IMG/VR virus record: IMGVR_UViG_3300035670_000594
Coordinates: 1-38,670 of that record
Source of the DNA: a virus
Taxonomy: Duplodnaviria; Caudoviricetes
Length of the DNA stretch: 38,670 nucleotides
Direction: 5' to 3' (one strand)
Every line of letters begins with the position of its first letter. Positions within the stretch are counted from its first letter, which is position 1. Position numbers and translations under genes: made by a program. The notes beneath the pieces are model-generated. The model made no database searches and had not been told where the DNA came from. It was given only the letters and a program-made list of their open reading frames with translations. Positions 1-9,898 of the stretch are shown here, one piece after another.

Positions 1-26
1 TACAATACATCCTGTTCCTGTAGCAT
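1..26. repeat. Terminal direct repeat (circular assembly overlap), copy 1
   Basis: tacaatacatcctgttcctgtagcat at 1-26 is identical to 38645-38670. Confidence 0.95.
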
Positions 27-414
27 CTACTTCTTGGAGTCCCGTTTCCTCTAAATAATTCCCTGCGTCATAAATACCATCTGCATTTCTTCTAAGGTAA
101 AGTGGTATTAAAGTTCCTTTCTGTTGCACCAACATTAAAGGAGTGATTATGTCTTTATTAAAATCTACTAAGTTTAAAATATCAGGCGTTGGGATAATGT
201 CTGAGTCTATCATCATTAAGTAATCAGCGTCTTTAATAGCCAAAAACTTCTGTACTATCATGTTTCTGTTATTGGTAATCGGCTTAGACGCAGGATAAGA
301 AACCATTATCTCGTAGCTATCGTTCTGTTGGATATAGTTTAGGACTTTGGCTAAGTCTGTTCTTATTTCTCCTTGATTTAAAATTGCAAGATATACTTTC
401 TTTTTTTTAAACAT
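1..414 (-). CDS. GT-A fold (GT2-like) glycosyltransferase, N-terminal part; continues at 38644..38324 across the circular join (244 aa total)
   Basis: Manual translation from ATG at 414: MFKKKKVYLAILNQGEI...NNRNMIVQKFL...YLMMIDSDI (DxD)...EVDATGTGCIV. It stays in frame into IKREVLEK...GNDFNFCQKAK. Confidence 0.85.
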   Translation of the reverse strand, partial: MFKKKKVYLAILNQGEIRTDLAKVLNYIQQNDSYEIMVSYPASKPITNNRNMIVQKFLAIKDADYLMMIDSDIIPTPDILNLVDFNKDIITPLMLVQQKGTLIPLYLRRNADGIYDAGNYLEETGLQEVDATGTGCIV

Positions 415-1165
415 AGTTGTGTAAAATTAAGTTTTTAGTTTCTTCGTTAAAAATTTCTTCTCCCATAAATGGATGTCCCCATTCTGTGCTCATATTCTGT
501 CCGTGAGTTATTGAGCAATACATATCTTTTAACTCTACGCACTTGAATTTGATTGGGACTTCCTCGTGTGTTTTTAACCCATCTAAATATTTAAGTCTTT
601 TCTCTGGGTTGTAATAAATATCCTTGGGAAATATTATTGTGTAATTCTGGTTTGAAATTGGATTGTGCCATTTAGCCAACCTATCCTTAGTTGAGTAAAT
701 GTATCCGTCTTTTAAAATAATCGCACCTTTATATTCTGCTGGGATTTCCTTAATATTCTTAACAAAGTCTTTATGTAGAGTATCGTCTGAGTCCAGCATT
801 GTTTCGTAAATCGCACACTCATACTTTGGGATTTCCCTTAACATCTTATCTAGTCTTTCGGGCAAGTCCTTGTTCCTTTGTGGTACTTTGTCGTCTGTGA
901 AATTTATTCCGTGAAAGGTTGCTCTGTAATCTATGTGACTCTTGTCTAATGCTTCAAGTATCTTTTTAGTAGTTGGATTAGTTTTCTCCTCTGGGCGAAA
1001 GAACAACCATAAAAAGAAGTTCTTATCAGTCTGGTTCTTCATACTTGAGAGAGTATACTTAATAAATATCTCTGCTCTGTGGTCATACCACTCTTGTCCT
1101 TTCCAACCTAATTCGGTGCGTTTGCCTGTAAACGGAATTATAATTATGCTTTTGACGCTTTGCAT
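407..1165 (-). CDS. Glycosyltransferase-like protein (putative rhamnosyltransferase-type GT-A)
   Basis: FIKYTLSSMKNQTDKNF and TMLDSDDTL motifs; lies in the glycan cluster. Confidence 0.7.
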   Translation of the reverse strand: MQSVKSIIIIPFTGKRTELGWKGQEWYDHRAEIFIKYTLSSMKNQTDKNFFLWLFFRPEEKTNPTTKKILEALDKSHIDYRATFHGINFTDDKVPQRNKDLPERLDKMLREIPKYECAIYETMLDSDDTLHKDFVKNIKEIPAEYKGAIILKDGYIYSTKDRLAKWHNPISNQNYTIIFPKDIYYNPEKRLKYLDGLKTHEEVPIKFKCVELKDMYCSITHGQNMSTEWGHPFMGEEIFNEETKNLILHNYV

Positions 1166-1716
1166 ATAAATGTGTTACCTATCTCTTTTTTATAAAATAT
1201 ATTTGGTATTAACTTCTCAATATCTTCTTGAGTAAAACTCCAAATGTGTTGTTCGTATGCGTGATTTTCTATTGTTTCGTTAATAGGAACTGATACTGAT
1301 AACACTCCTTTTGGTTTTAGCACTCTCAACGCTTCAGTGATAAGTTTGGCAGGGTCTTCAGAGTGTTCTATCACTTCCCCTAAAACTACATAGTCAAAAT
1401 AATTTTCTTTGAAAAATAAGTTATTGAAATCTGATACTGCGTAATTTACTTGCGGGAAAAATACTTTCAGTTTCGTTATAATGTTATCTGCGAAGTCTAT
1501 TCCCCATACTTCATCATTAAATCTTTCTTGTGCCTCGTTCACCAGCGGGCAAATTCCACAACCTATGTCTAATAATTTCCCACCCTTGTACTCTTCCAAT
1601 AAAGCGTCTACTCTCCAAGTGTCTGAATAATCTAATCCTTCTCTTTTAAAATTATCTGTAAATACTCCGTTATAATATTCTTTGGTGTTGCTATTTTCCT
1701 TTTCTAATCTTTTCAT
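1144..1716 (-). CDS. Class I SAM-dependent methyltransferase
   Basis: LLDIGCG motif I and FDYVVLGEVIEH. Start at 1716 preferred because it gives an ATGA overlap with the upstream stop. Confidence 0.85.
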   Translation of the reverse strand: MKRLEKENSNTKEYYNGVFTDNFKREGLDYSDTWRVDALLEEYKGGKLLDIGCGICPLVNEAQERFNDEVWGIDFADNIITKLKVFFPQVNYAVSDFNNLFFKENYFDYVVLGEVIEHSEDPAKLITEALRVLKPKGVLSVSVPINETIENHAYEQHIWSFTQEDIEKLIPNIFYKKEIGNTFICKASKA

Positions 1717-2252
1717 AATGTTACTTCTATAAAATATCCGTAAGTGTTCCAAGGTTCGCACCCGAATACATCTTCACTCAATTTCTCTGCTTTGGCTTCT
1801 ATACAATAATTTCTGAATATCGCTACATAGTCAGCACCTGTTCTTCCTCCACCTACATATCCTATTCCGTTCTTCATAAGCTCTATCATATAGATTTTCT
1901 TACTGGCTAACTTGATTATCTGTCTTATTCCTTCCTCTACATCAACTGGTCTTAACATACAAAATAGTGCGTTGGTAAATACAATATCAAATTCATCTCT
2001 GGCAAATGGTAGGTTAAAAAGGTTAGCATCTACAAACTTAATTCCCTTGGTGTCCTTACGGGCTATGGCTAACTTCTCCTTATCAATGTCAACACCGACT
2101 AATCTCTTACCTTTATAAAGTTGTTGTATGGCTAACAAGTTCTCACCCCACTGGCAACCCACCTCTAAAACACTATTAAATGGTTCTTCTAATCTTTCTG
2201 CAATAAATGTCCTTGATGGTTTTAGCTTATTTTTTAGGGGAGAGTTTGTCAT
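1713..2252 (-). CDS. Class I SAM-dependent methyltransferase
   Basis: VLEVGCQWG, GVDID and LPFARDEFDIVFT motifs. Confidence 0.85.
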   Translation of the reverse strand: MTNSPLKNKLKPSRTFIAERLEEPFNSVLEVGCQWGENLLAIQQLYKGKRLVGVDIDKEKLAIARKDTKGIKFVDANLFNLPFARDEFDIVFTNALFCMLRPVDVEEGIRQIIKLASKKIYMIELMKNGIGYVGGGRTGADYVAIFRNYCIEAKAEKLSEDVFGCEPWNTYGYFIEVTL

Positions 2253-2994
2253 TGTATTCTTTTGTTGATGTGGATATTGGAGTTTTAACTCCTAGTCCAT
2301 TAGCGAAATGAATAAATGCGTTTAAATCCTTAGGTAAGCACTTGCCTCCGAATCCTCGCGAACCTTTGTGGTATATCTTAAGGTGGCTTCTCCCTATCCT
2401 TCGGTCAGTTGAAATGCAATCTATAACTTTTTCAAATTCCTTATCATCCCCAGTGTAAGCAGTAAATATGTCATATAACTCGTTGTTCTTGGCTACCTTT
2501 GTGGCAAACCACGAATTACAAGCGTATTTGGCGAACTCTGCTACATAAGAAGGAACTATGTGCTCTTCTGTGGCTAAGGGAAGTATTTTCATAATATCCC
2601 TCACTACATTGTAGCTCTTGTCTGTGAACCCTATAATCTGCCTTTCAGGATACTTCATATCTTGGTCTGCTGTTTCTTCTGTCAGGAACTCTGGGTTAAA
2701 TAAAATCTTGTGTTGTGGGTAGTTTGCCTGTAATCTATTAGTAGTGCCTGGAATAACTGTTGACTTAATTACAACTATTTTAGACTCTCTTAATATCTTT
2801 AAACTTTCTTCTACTAAGCTTGTATCACACCCATCTTTTGTATAAGGAGTAGGAACGCAGATAAATACTACATCTGCTTTATTTAACTCTTCTATGCTTC
2901 CTATCCCTTTAGGTGGGTCATATAATATTGCATCAGGGAATACTCTTGCGACTGCTCCCCCGACCATACCTAATCCGCAAATTCCTATTTTCAT
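2227..2994 (-). CDS. ugd: UDP-glucose/GDP-mannose 6-dehydrogenase family protein (short; lacks the C-terminal domain)
   Basis: GICGLGMVG Rossmann motif, FICVPTP, IKSTVIPGT, NPEFL and catalytic GFGGKCLPKD. Confidence 0.88.
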   Translation of the reverse strand: MKIGICGLGMVGGAVARVFPDAILYDPPKGIGSIEELNKADVVFICVPTPYTKDGCDTSLVEESLKILRESKIVVIKSTVIPGTTNRLQANYPQHKILFNPEFLTEETADQDMKYPERQIIGFTDKSYNVVRDIMKILPLATEEHIVPSYVAEFAKYACNSWFATKVAKNNELYDIFTAYTGDDKEFEKVIDCISTDRRIGRSHLKIYHKGSRGFGGKCLPKDLNAFIHFANGLGVKTPISTSTKEYNDKLSPKK

Positions 2995-3845
2995 AGTTCA
3001 AAGTTATTTAATTTTTTAATCCACTCTTCACGAACCTTGACATTAGGTTCTTTCATATGTGTTAGTTTGTGTATCAAAGAAATCAATTCTTCTTCTGTCT
3101 TGTAATTCCAAATCCCATCATAGGCTATTCTTGTTATAGGATATTGTCCGAGTAAAAGAGATTTCATCGCCACCTCAGAATTTCCATCGTGTAAGTTCGG
3201 TCGTAGTCCTGAGTGGTATTTACTCAACTCTTTATTAAACTCTTGTTCTGGGAGTTTGCCGTGGTAAATCATATTCGGTGCATCTTTGTCGCACAATGTA
3301 CCATCCTCGTTCTTTACTGCCTGAACTGCTGTCTTAAAAAATATTGCATCTTCTGGTATCCCGTAAATATGAAACTTGGCAAAAGGAACTTTATTGGCTA
3401 TGCCTTTAACAAAGTGAATACCATACTCTTCTTCTCTACCTGCGTTGACACACATAAATAGTTCAGGATTTTCTGTTGGTGTAAAACTTACTTTGTATCT
3501 TTTAATATCATCTAAAAAAGTTGGGACTATTATTGGCTCTATCCCACACCTGCGTAAGTCATTGGCTTCAACTTCGTTCTCACAAAAATGTTTGGCAGGG
3601 TTATTCTTCATCATTCTCTGTCTTTCGTAGTCTGTTACTAACCTGCGTATATCTCCTCCTCCCCATAAGACAAACTTCTTGCCTTCAAAGTTATCAAATA
3701 CTTCGTAATCTCTTTCGTTATACATTCCAAAAAAGAAAAGGTTTTTACACTTGTCATCTACACCTTGCCATACAGGCATTTTGAGTGCCTTAGAAGCCCT
3801 TTCTGCAAACTTATCTAAAGCTCTTGAAGTACGAATTTTAATCAT
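2991..3845 (-). CDS. Putative GT-B fold glycosyltransferase-like protein
   Basis: WGGGDI, FHIYG and LRPNLHDGNSEVAMKSLLLG resemble a GT4-like C-terminal motif; supported by context. Confidence 0.55.
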   Translation of the reverse strand: MIKIRTSRALDKFAERASKALKMPVWQGVDDKCKNLFFFGMYNERDYEVFDNFEGKKFVLWGGGDIRRLVTDYERQRMMKNNPAKHFCENEVEANDLRRCGIEPIIVPTFLDDIKRYKVSFTPTENPELFMCVNAGREEEYGIHFVKGIANKVPFAKFHIYGIPEDAIFFKTAVQAVKNEDGTLCDKDAPNMIYHGKLPEQEFNKELSKYHSGLRPNLHDGNSEVAMKSLLLGQYPITRIAYDGIWNYKTEEELISLIHKLTHMKEPNVKVREEWIKKLNNFEL

Positions 3846-4717
3846 AGGTTCTTCATTATTTCCTTAATTCTGCTCTTGTAGGTGATGCCCTTAACAAACT
3901 TCTTGCCTTCTTCGGCTATCTCTTTTCTTAGTTTTTCGTTTTCAAGCATTTCCATAACTACTGTTACTATCTCGCTATCATTGTGATAACTCATATAGTG
4001 TTTTCTGTCTTCAAATCCTTCTTCGGTAAGTCCGTGTGCTCTTGGGCAAATAACAAATGCTCCATTATTAAGATACTCGTAAATTCTGTCTGACCAATAA
4101 AAGTCATCAAATGGAAATCGTGGAATAATCATTATCTTAGCTGAAGCACATAAGTCTGCTAATTCCTGACCATACTTGTTGTCGTGGAATTTAATTCTTT
4201 CTCCAAAGGTTTCTTTTAAGTAGGAATACTCTTCTGTTCTTGTTCCATACATCTTACCTACATAAGCAATATCACAGGCTAATTCTGGTTTGAACTCCCC
4301 CTTAAAGTCAGTATGTGCTGGTGGTAAGTGATAAACATTTTTCTCCTTAGTCCTTCTCACCCAAGTGCCATCTACAAAGTATGCGTAGTCCACTAATGGA
4401 AGTAGAGCATCTACAACCTGTGCTTTAATAGACCATACCTTATCCATATACCATAGAACTTTCTTGCACTTGACATTCATTAAAATCATCTTCAAGCGTT
4501 CTATCATTAAAAGGTAGTTGATGTCATTGTCTGCTATTACTAGCCCGTGAAATAGAAATAAGTCTGCTTTTTCACAAGCGTCTAACAACTCTTTCATATC
4601 AAAATTCTTGATATCAAAACACTTTACTTCGTGATTTGTAAATGAACTGTAAATCTCGCTGTCTATCGTTCTCACTGCTGTGTCTAAGAAATTACCGAAA
4701 TATATTATTTTACTCAT
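3842..4717 (-). CDS. Glycosyltransferase, CgeB / group-1-like GT-B
   Basis: DIAYVG, YWSDRIYEYL...GAF and LRKEIAEEGKKFV...TYKSRI C-terminal pattern. Confidence 0.75.
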   Translation of the reverse strand: MSKIIYFGNFLDTAVRTIDSEIYSSFTNHEVKCFDIKNFDMKELLDACEKADLFLFHGLVIADNDINYLLMIERLKMILMNVKCKKVLWYMDKVWSIKAQVVDALLPLVDYAYFVDGTWVRRTKEKNVYHLPPAHTDFKGEFKPELACDIAYVGKMYGTRTEEYSYLKETFGERIKFHDNKYGQELADLCASAKIMIIPRFPFDDFYWSDRIYEYLNNGAFVICPRAHGLTEEGFEDRKHYMSYHNDSEIVTVVMEMLENEKLRKEIAEEGKKFVKGITYKSRIKEIMKNL

Positions 4718-4728
4718 ATATGTCCTTT

Positions 4729-4764
4729 CCTGACGCTAAGGGGGTTTCCGTCAGGTTGCCCCCC
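4729..4764 (-). promoter_or_regulatory. Predicted H-type pseudoknot between the capsid gene and the GT gene
   Basis: Interleaved complementary pairs: cctgacg/cgtcagg and G5/C6. Confidence 0.45.
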
Positions 4765-4788
4765 AAACGACATAAATGTTATTAAATG

Positions 4789-5661
4789 TTAGTTTTTAGA
4801 AATAAGTCTTACACCTCTGTAAGAATTTCCTACTTTCTTGACACCATACACAATGTCTGCGACAACGTGTACTCTCAAGTTTTCAGATTGCTTCTCTTGA
4901 AGTCTTACTCCCATTGTTGACCCACCTGGCAAGTTACCGATTGCAAATGCAATAGCTCTTGTGTGAACCAACATATTCCTATGTGCTCCACCTTCAATAG
5001 ATGCGTTTGAAGCACCAACTAATGGGGAAACGATAATAGGTACACCGTAAACTGTATCTAAGTTACCTGTTGGCAAAGAAACTTTACCGAACTGGCTAGC
5101 ATCGTACAATTTTTGAACTGCCAATACTTCTTGGTAGTAGGCTTTAGGGTGTAATATGAAAGCCATTTCCTCTCTTGGGATATTATATGATTCTGCAATA
5201 GCAATAGCTGATTCCAAATCTGAGGATTTTAATCCTGCTGTGGAAGCATTAACAACTCTTGAGAAGTTGGCAGCTGTGAATAGAGCAATTAAGTCTGATT
5301 CAAGCTGTTTTGCTATGGCGTGAGCCATATTTTGAGCATAAAGCTCTTTTATCCTGTATTGCTTTCCGATTTGTGCAGCTTGGAAATCTGCTTTAATCAT
5401 AGAAGCCTTATACCATTTGTCGATATCCAACCTTGTCATTGTATCTGTGATAAGGTTGCCTACGATATCTCCTGTAGTTGTTGTAACTGCAGTAGCTGTA
5501 TAAATAGCATCGTGTGGAATTATAACTGTTTTACCTCCCTCCAAAACTGCATCCGAGTAATCTGAGAAAAACTTTGTTAAATAAAGTTTCTCTTTGAAGC
5601 TCTGGTCAATTTTTGGTTGCCACACATCGGGTCGGTAAATCGTAAACGTCTGTCCTGGCAT
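4789..5661 (-). CDS. Major capsid protein (HK97 fold, P22-coat/N4-like)
   Basis: 290 aa; follows portal and scaffold; PDVW, FILHP, YGVPIIVS and ADIVYGVK patterns. Confidence 0.85.
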   Translation of the reverse strand: MPGQTFTIYRPDVWQPKIDQSFKEKLYLTKFFSDYSDAVLEGGKTVIIPHDAIYTATAVTTTTGDIVGNLITDTMTRLDIDKWYKASMIKADFQAAQIGKQYRIKELYAQNMAHAIAKQLESDLIALFTAANFSRVVNASTAGLKSSDLESAIAIAESYNIPREEMAFILHPKAYYQEVLAVQKLYDASQFGKVSLPTGNLDTVYGVPIIVSPLVGASNASIEGGAHRNMLVHTRAIAFAIGNLPGGSTMGVRLQEKQSENLRVHVVADIVYGVKKVGNSYRGVRLISKN

Positions 5662-6197
5662 TAAATTTGTCCTCCTTCTTCTGCTTGGTCTAATTGTGCC
5701 TCATATGCTTGAAGTTCTGCTGAAGTCATCTTGCGAATATCTGCATCAGTCTTTCTCAACGAAGAACCTTTAGCTGCAGAAGAACTTGGTATTTTATTTT
5801 CTTCTGCTGTCTTCTGTCTCCTGAAAGTAATGTAGTCATTCTCCTTTTCTGCTGCTTCTTGTAAAGAGATAGAATCTCTTTTAGAAACTGCGGAGATATG
5901 GTCAAATTCCTGTTTGTTAAAATCTCTATTAACTAACAAGAAATCAACACGTTCCCTCCAGTCGTCTGACCTTGTTTCCTTTTTAGGGGTAACATCGCCA
6001 AACTCTTTTCTAAGTGCTTCATACTTGTTTCTGAAGTGCTCTTTTTGAGCCAACAGAGTTTGAAACTCTTTGGATTTTTCAGCCTTTTCTGGCTCAGAGG
6101 TTTTGGACTCCCCTGAAGTCTGTTCGTTTTCTGAAAGGGTTTCGTTCCCTTCTAAGGATGGCTCGTCTACCATCTCTTCTTTTATGTTTTGTGTCAT
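5661..6197 (-). CDS. Putative scaffolding protein
   Basis: Acidic, low-complexity N-terminus, helical; immediately upstream of the capsid gene. Confidence 0.6.
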   Translation of the reverse strand: MTQNIKEEMVDEPSLEGNETLSENEQTSGESKTSEPEKAEKSKEFQTLLAQKEHFRNKYEALRKEFGDVTPKKETRSDDWRERVDFLLVNRDFNKQEFDHISAVSKRDSISLQEAAEKENDYITFRRQKTAEENKIPSSSAAKGSSLRKTDADIRKMTSAELQAYEAQLDQAEEGGQI

Positions 6198-6266
6198 TTT
6201 TATAAGTTTTGTCTTAAATTGATTGTGTTTTTTATAAAGGCTCTTTTCTGCCTTAAACGACCTTGT

Positions 6267-6497
6267 TTATACGCCTGTGAATTCCTGCCCTTTTTTCTTG
6301 GGCTTCTCTAATTTCATTTGTTTGATAGTAGCTATTAAGTCTTCAATTCTGTCAGCCACTGCACTATTCTCTAATTTCTTTGCTACATCCTTTTCTTTCC
6401 ATATAATGTTCTTGTAGTGTTCTAAATACTTCCCAGCTATTCCTGTAATCATCTCTCTATTACCTATTACAAAGTTTATTTCTTCTTCAGACATCAT
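6267..6497 (-). CDS. Small head-module hypothetical protein
   Basis: Overlaps the portal stop by 4 bp; typical position after the portal. Confidence 0.6.
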   Translation of the reverse strand: MMSEEEINFVIGNREMITGIAGKYLEHYKNIIWKEKDVAKKLENSAVADRIEDLIATIKQMKLEKPKKKGQEFTGV

Positions 6498-8230
6498 ATA
6501 GTTTGTTGCTCATTAACAGGCATAGTTGCTTGTGCCTGCATCGGTGCAGGTAAAGACCCGCCAACTTGACCTCTTTGCTGAGCTATTACATCTTGAAGTT
6601 TGGTAGCTGTAAATGGAATATCAAATGAAGATACTCCTAATATTTCAAACCACTTTTTAAATATCTTGCGTGTAATTGGATTGTCAAATGCTGTTGGATT
6701 CTGTCCTGCTACTTGTGCTGCTGTCTGGTAGGCTTGTGCTGTCTGACCTATATCGTATCCTTCTCCTGTGATGTCAATTTTAACTGTGTATTTTAGTCTG
6801 TCGTAATATGCTTCTGGGATTACTAATTCGTCTTTCATCAATTTTTCTCGAATAATAGCCTTCGCTACTTCACCCTGTTCTTTAGTTTTGATACCACCTT
6901 TCTTATAGCGTTCTGCGTATTTAACATCTACTAAACTCTCAATGAGTTTTTCGGCTTTGTCTTGGTCTGCCATTAAATTCTCAATAAGAACCTTATGTTC
7001 TTTCCTCTTGGTGTTCTTGAACTCAGGTATCACCCAATCAACTAATACTTCCTTAATAAATAATCCTAACTCTTCTCTCTTTCTCTTGTAGAAACTTCCA
7101 CTTTGCTGAGCCGAAAGGAAAGAAGACCTAAATGGTACATTCTGCTTAGTACCTTCACCCGTCATCGGTGTAGTTGAGAACGACCTTCTGTAAGCGTTTC
7201 CTTCGTATCTTTGTTCCTCATAAGAATATTCTTGCAAGTTCTGTTCTCGCATATCTACTCTCCTCAGTTCGTCATTAGTTCTCAATATATCTCCGTTGTC
7301 TACATCTGCTAATAAGTTAGAAGATAAGTTGGAATCTCTTGTCTGAAATACATTCTTAGAACTCCAATGTAATCCTTCTGCTTTGTAGTTAGCAATTCTG
7401 TTTAAATAAATTTGTTCTTCAAATAGTTTTTCAACTTGACCTCTACCAAGTAATCTATAAGGTACTTCTTCAAATGCAAGTCCTTTGTATATATTCTTGG
7501 AAAGTTGCATAGAAGCTAACTTGTTCCCATATTTGGAAACTATCATGTAGTTATCTCCTTCTGCCGTTGGGTCAAACATTTCATAGACTAACAACTCCTT
7601 ATTCTTGTCGTCATCATAATTAGAAATAACTATCTGATAATCTTCCCATCCTAAACTTTCAGCTTCGTTCTTAAAGTCCTCTATAGAGTTGTAGTAGTGT
7701 TTTTCAATTATCGGTGTATCGTTAAATGACTTAGCTTCTGGTCTAAAGTATAAGTTTTGCAAAGGTACTGTTTCTACTTTTCCTTTGACCTTTTTTAAAA
7801 CTAGATGTCCGTACTTGCTTAGTAAAAAAGAATACTTGTTTAGCTCTCTACCGAAGTATCCCAGCTTCATCCACTGCTCTAGTTCAGCCTTTAAAAGTAA
7901 ACTACCCCAATTAGAAGCCCAGTCTTCTGGTCTTACTTGGATATTCTTTGTGTCTATGTCGAGTTCCTTAGCCGCTACATCTACTGGCAAGGATACAATA
8001 TTATAAAATGCTTTTCGTTGGTTCAAAGAATCAGTATCTCCATCTCTATATTGAGAAAGATAATACATATCTATCAACCTTAAAAGCTCTCCTTGGTTAG
8101 AGGTAAATCTTGGGAATGAGATAGGTCGATAGCTTGCATAGTGTGCAATCTCACGATTTATCTTCTTCAATAATTCTTTGTCGCCACTAAGAGAACTAAT
8201 GTCTCCTGTCGGCTTTGTTTGGTATGTCAT
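6494..8230 (-). CDS. Portal protein
   Basis: 578 aa directly after terL; helical; GRGQVE motif; Gln-rich C-terminus as in podovirus portals. Confidence 0.8.
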   Translation of the reverse strand: MTYQTKPTGDISSLSGDKELLKKINREIAHYASYRPISFPRFTSNQGELLRLIDMYYLSQYRDGDTDSLNQRKAFYNIVSLPVDVAAKELDIDTKNIQVRPEDWASNWGSLLLKAELEQWMKLGYFGRELNKYSFLLSKYGHLVLKKVKGKVETVPLQNLYFRPEAKSFNDTPIIEKHYYNSIEDFKNEAESLGWEDYQIVISNYDDDKNKELLVYEMFDPTAEGDNYMIVSKYGNKLASMQLSKNIYKGLAFEEVPYRLLGRGQVEKLFEEQIYLNRIANYKAEGLHWSSKNVFQTRDSNLSSNLLADVDNGDILRTNDELRRVDMREQNLQEYSYEEQRYEGNAYRRSFSTTPMTGEGTKQNVPFRSSFLSAQQSGSFYKRKREELGLFIKEVLVDWVIPEFKNTKRKEHKVLIENLMADQDKAEKLIESLVDVKYAERYKKGGIKTKEQGEVAKAIIREKLMKDELVIPEAYYDRLKYTVKIDITGEGYDIGQTAQAYQTAAQVAGQNPTAFDNPITRKIFKKWFEILGVSSFDIPFTATKLQDVIAQQRGQVGGSLPAPMQAQATMPVNEQQTI

Positions 8231-9558
8231 ATAAATGTTTTAGGAGCTCTTCGTGGTTTTAAAATCTCATCTAGTGGATTTTTATACCTTGGTTTCTCCA
8301 TTTGTAGTCCCCAACAGGCAAGTGCTAAGCTGATGACACAGTCATCGTGCTGTCCTTTTGGAGCTGAGTACCGAGGATTTCTTAATCGTTCCCCAGTTGT
8401 TTCGTTAATGTATTGATATTCAAATGCTTTTAATTCGTCTACTAAATAATCTATATCAGGAATTGTGATGTACTTTTCCTTCGTAAAGACTATTAAGTTC
8501 CCGATAAGTTCTTCTTTACTCTTACCTGAGAATATAAAGTCTTCTACGAATATTCCTGATTGCCCTAAGTCCTGATATACTGGTTTACCCACTCCAGTTG
8601 CGTCTATAATGACCCTGGCTGAGTTATATCTTCGTGACTTGGCAATTATGTGTTCTTTTTGTAATGGATACTCTATACCCCTAAATCTGTCTTGGTGAAC
8701 TAGCTGATGGGTTTCTATATCAAATATTGAAATAGATGTGTAGTCATCCATTTGTCCCAAGTCCACTCCCATAACATAGTGGTGACCTGAAACTGCGTCT
8801 TGTGTCTTACCTGAAATAATTTGCTCTAAGTCCTTAAATACTGTTCCTGCTTCGTCTAAGAACTCAGCCATATACTCCTGTCGGAATAATAGGTCTGGAG
8901 TAGTAATTCTAATCTGCTCTAATGTTACCTCGTCTGTTTCAACTCCGTCCAAAGTAGAAAACCTAAATGCTGAGTTCTCTCCCTTTAAGCGAATAAACAG
9001 TTTCTGAAACCAATTCTTTCCACGAGGAGTGCTAATCAAGTAAGTTCTTGTGTTCCTTGATTTCGCAATTGTCAAAGGATAAATGTATTGGTAATAAACT
9101 CTCTCTGGGATAAGTGCTGCTTCGTCCAATATACATAAATCTAATTCTTCTCCCAGTAATGACATAGGCTCAGAAGTAGACTTACATTGTATCCATACGC
9201 TTTCGGCTACCTTTAACTGGTAAGGTCTGCCAGTACCACCTGAAATATATTGTGCGAATGATTTATCAAACGCTAAAATGAATCTCGTTATGTATTCAAA
9301 TACCTTTCCTGTAAGTTCGTAAGAAGGTGCTACTATCCAACATTTAAAAGATGCTTTCTCCCCTACTCCAATTTGTTTAAGTGCCTTTAAAAGTTCATAG
9401 ACTGCGATAAATCCCATCACTGCTGACTTACCAAAACGCCTTCCAGCACAAACAATTACCTCCCTATTTTGGCAACTGATTATCTCCTTCTGTTTCTCGT
9501 GGGGAAACCACGCTATCTTCTGGCAAAGTTTCTCTTGTTGTTGATTCATCATGACCAA
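8227..9558 (-). CDS. terL: Terminase large subunit
   Basis: Walker A AGRRFGKS, Walker B ILDEAA, STPRG, nuclease GVDLG and HDDCVISLALA. Confidence 0.95.
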   Translation of the reverse strand: MVMMNQQQEKLCQKIAWFPHEKQKEIISCQNREVIVCAGRRFGKSAVMGFIAVYELLKALKQIGVGEKASFKCWIVAPSYELTGKVFEYITRFILAFDKSFAQYISGGTGRPYQLKVAESVWIQCKSTSEPMSLLGEELDLCILDEAALIPERVYYQYIYPLTIAKSRNTRTYLISTPRGKNWFQKLFIRLKGENSAFRFSTLDGVETDEVTLEQIRITTPDLLFRQEYMAEFLDEAGTVFKDLEQIISGKTQDAVSGHHYVMGVDLGQMDDYTSISIFDIETHQLVHQDRFRGIEYPLQKEHIIAKSRRYNSARVIIDATGVGKPVYQDLGQSGIFVEDFIFSGKSKEELIGNLIVFTKEKYITIPDIDYLVDELKAFEYQYINETTGERLRNPRYSAPKGQHDDCVISLALACWGLQMEKPRYKNPLDEILKPRRAPKTFI

Positions 9559-9898
9559 ATATTTCGTCTAAATTACCCATTAAACCCATTATCTTACTTT
9601 TCTGGGCTGGGTACCTATCGTTTAATTTAAGGGTCTCTATACTTGCCTTCAACCTATTGTCCTTGTCTTCGTTATCTGCTCCTGCTAAATCGTAAAGTGT
9701 TTGAAGTGCTCTTTCGTCATCTGCGTACTTCGCTTTCAGTTCTCCCCATCCTTTGCTCTTGGTAATGCTCTGGGCTCGGTTGGCAGTATTTAAACTCCCC
9801 CCTGCCTCTAAAATCAAGTCTTTCATTACCACCCTCTCTCCTTTTTGTATCTTCTCTAATTTCTTTTTGAAGACTGTTTTTTGTAAATCTGTTGCCAT
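9464..9898 (-). CDS. terS: Putative terminase small subunit
   Basis: Immediately upstream of terL; N-terminal HTH-like segment (ILEAGGSLNTA...ITKSKGW). Confidence 0.6.
   Translation of the reverse strand: MATDLQKTVFKKKLEKIQKGERVVMKDLILEAGGSLNTANRAQSITKSKGWGELKAKYADDERALQTLYDLAGADNEDKDNRLKASIETLKLNDRYPAQKSKIMGLMGNLDEIFGHDESTTRETLPEDSVVSPRETEGDNQLPK

Noticed and set aside
1-26. Biological terminal repeat
   Set aside because: It lies mid-gene, so an assembler overlap is more likely
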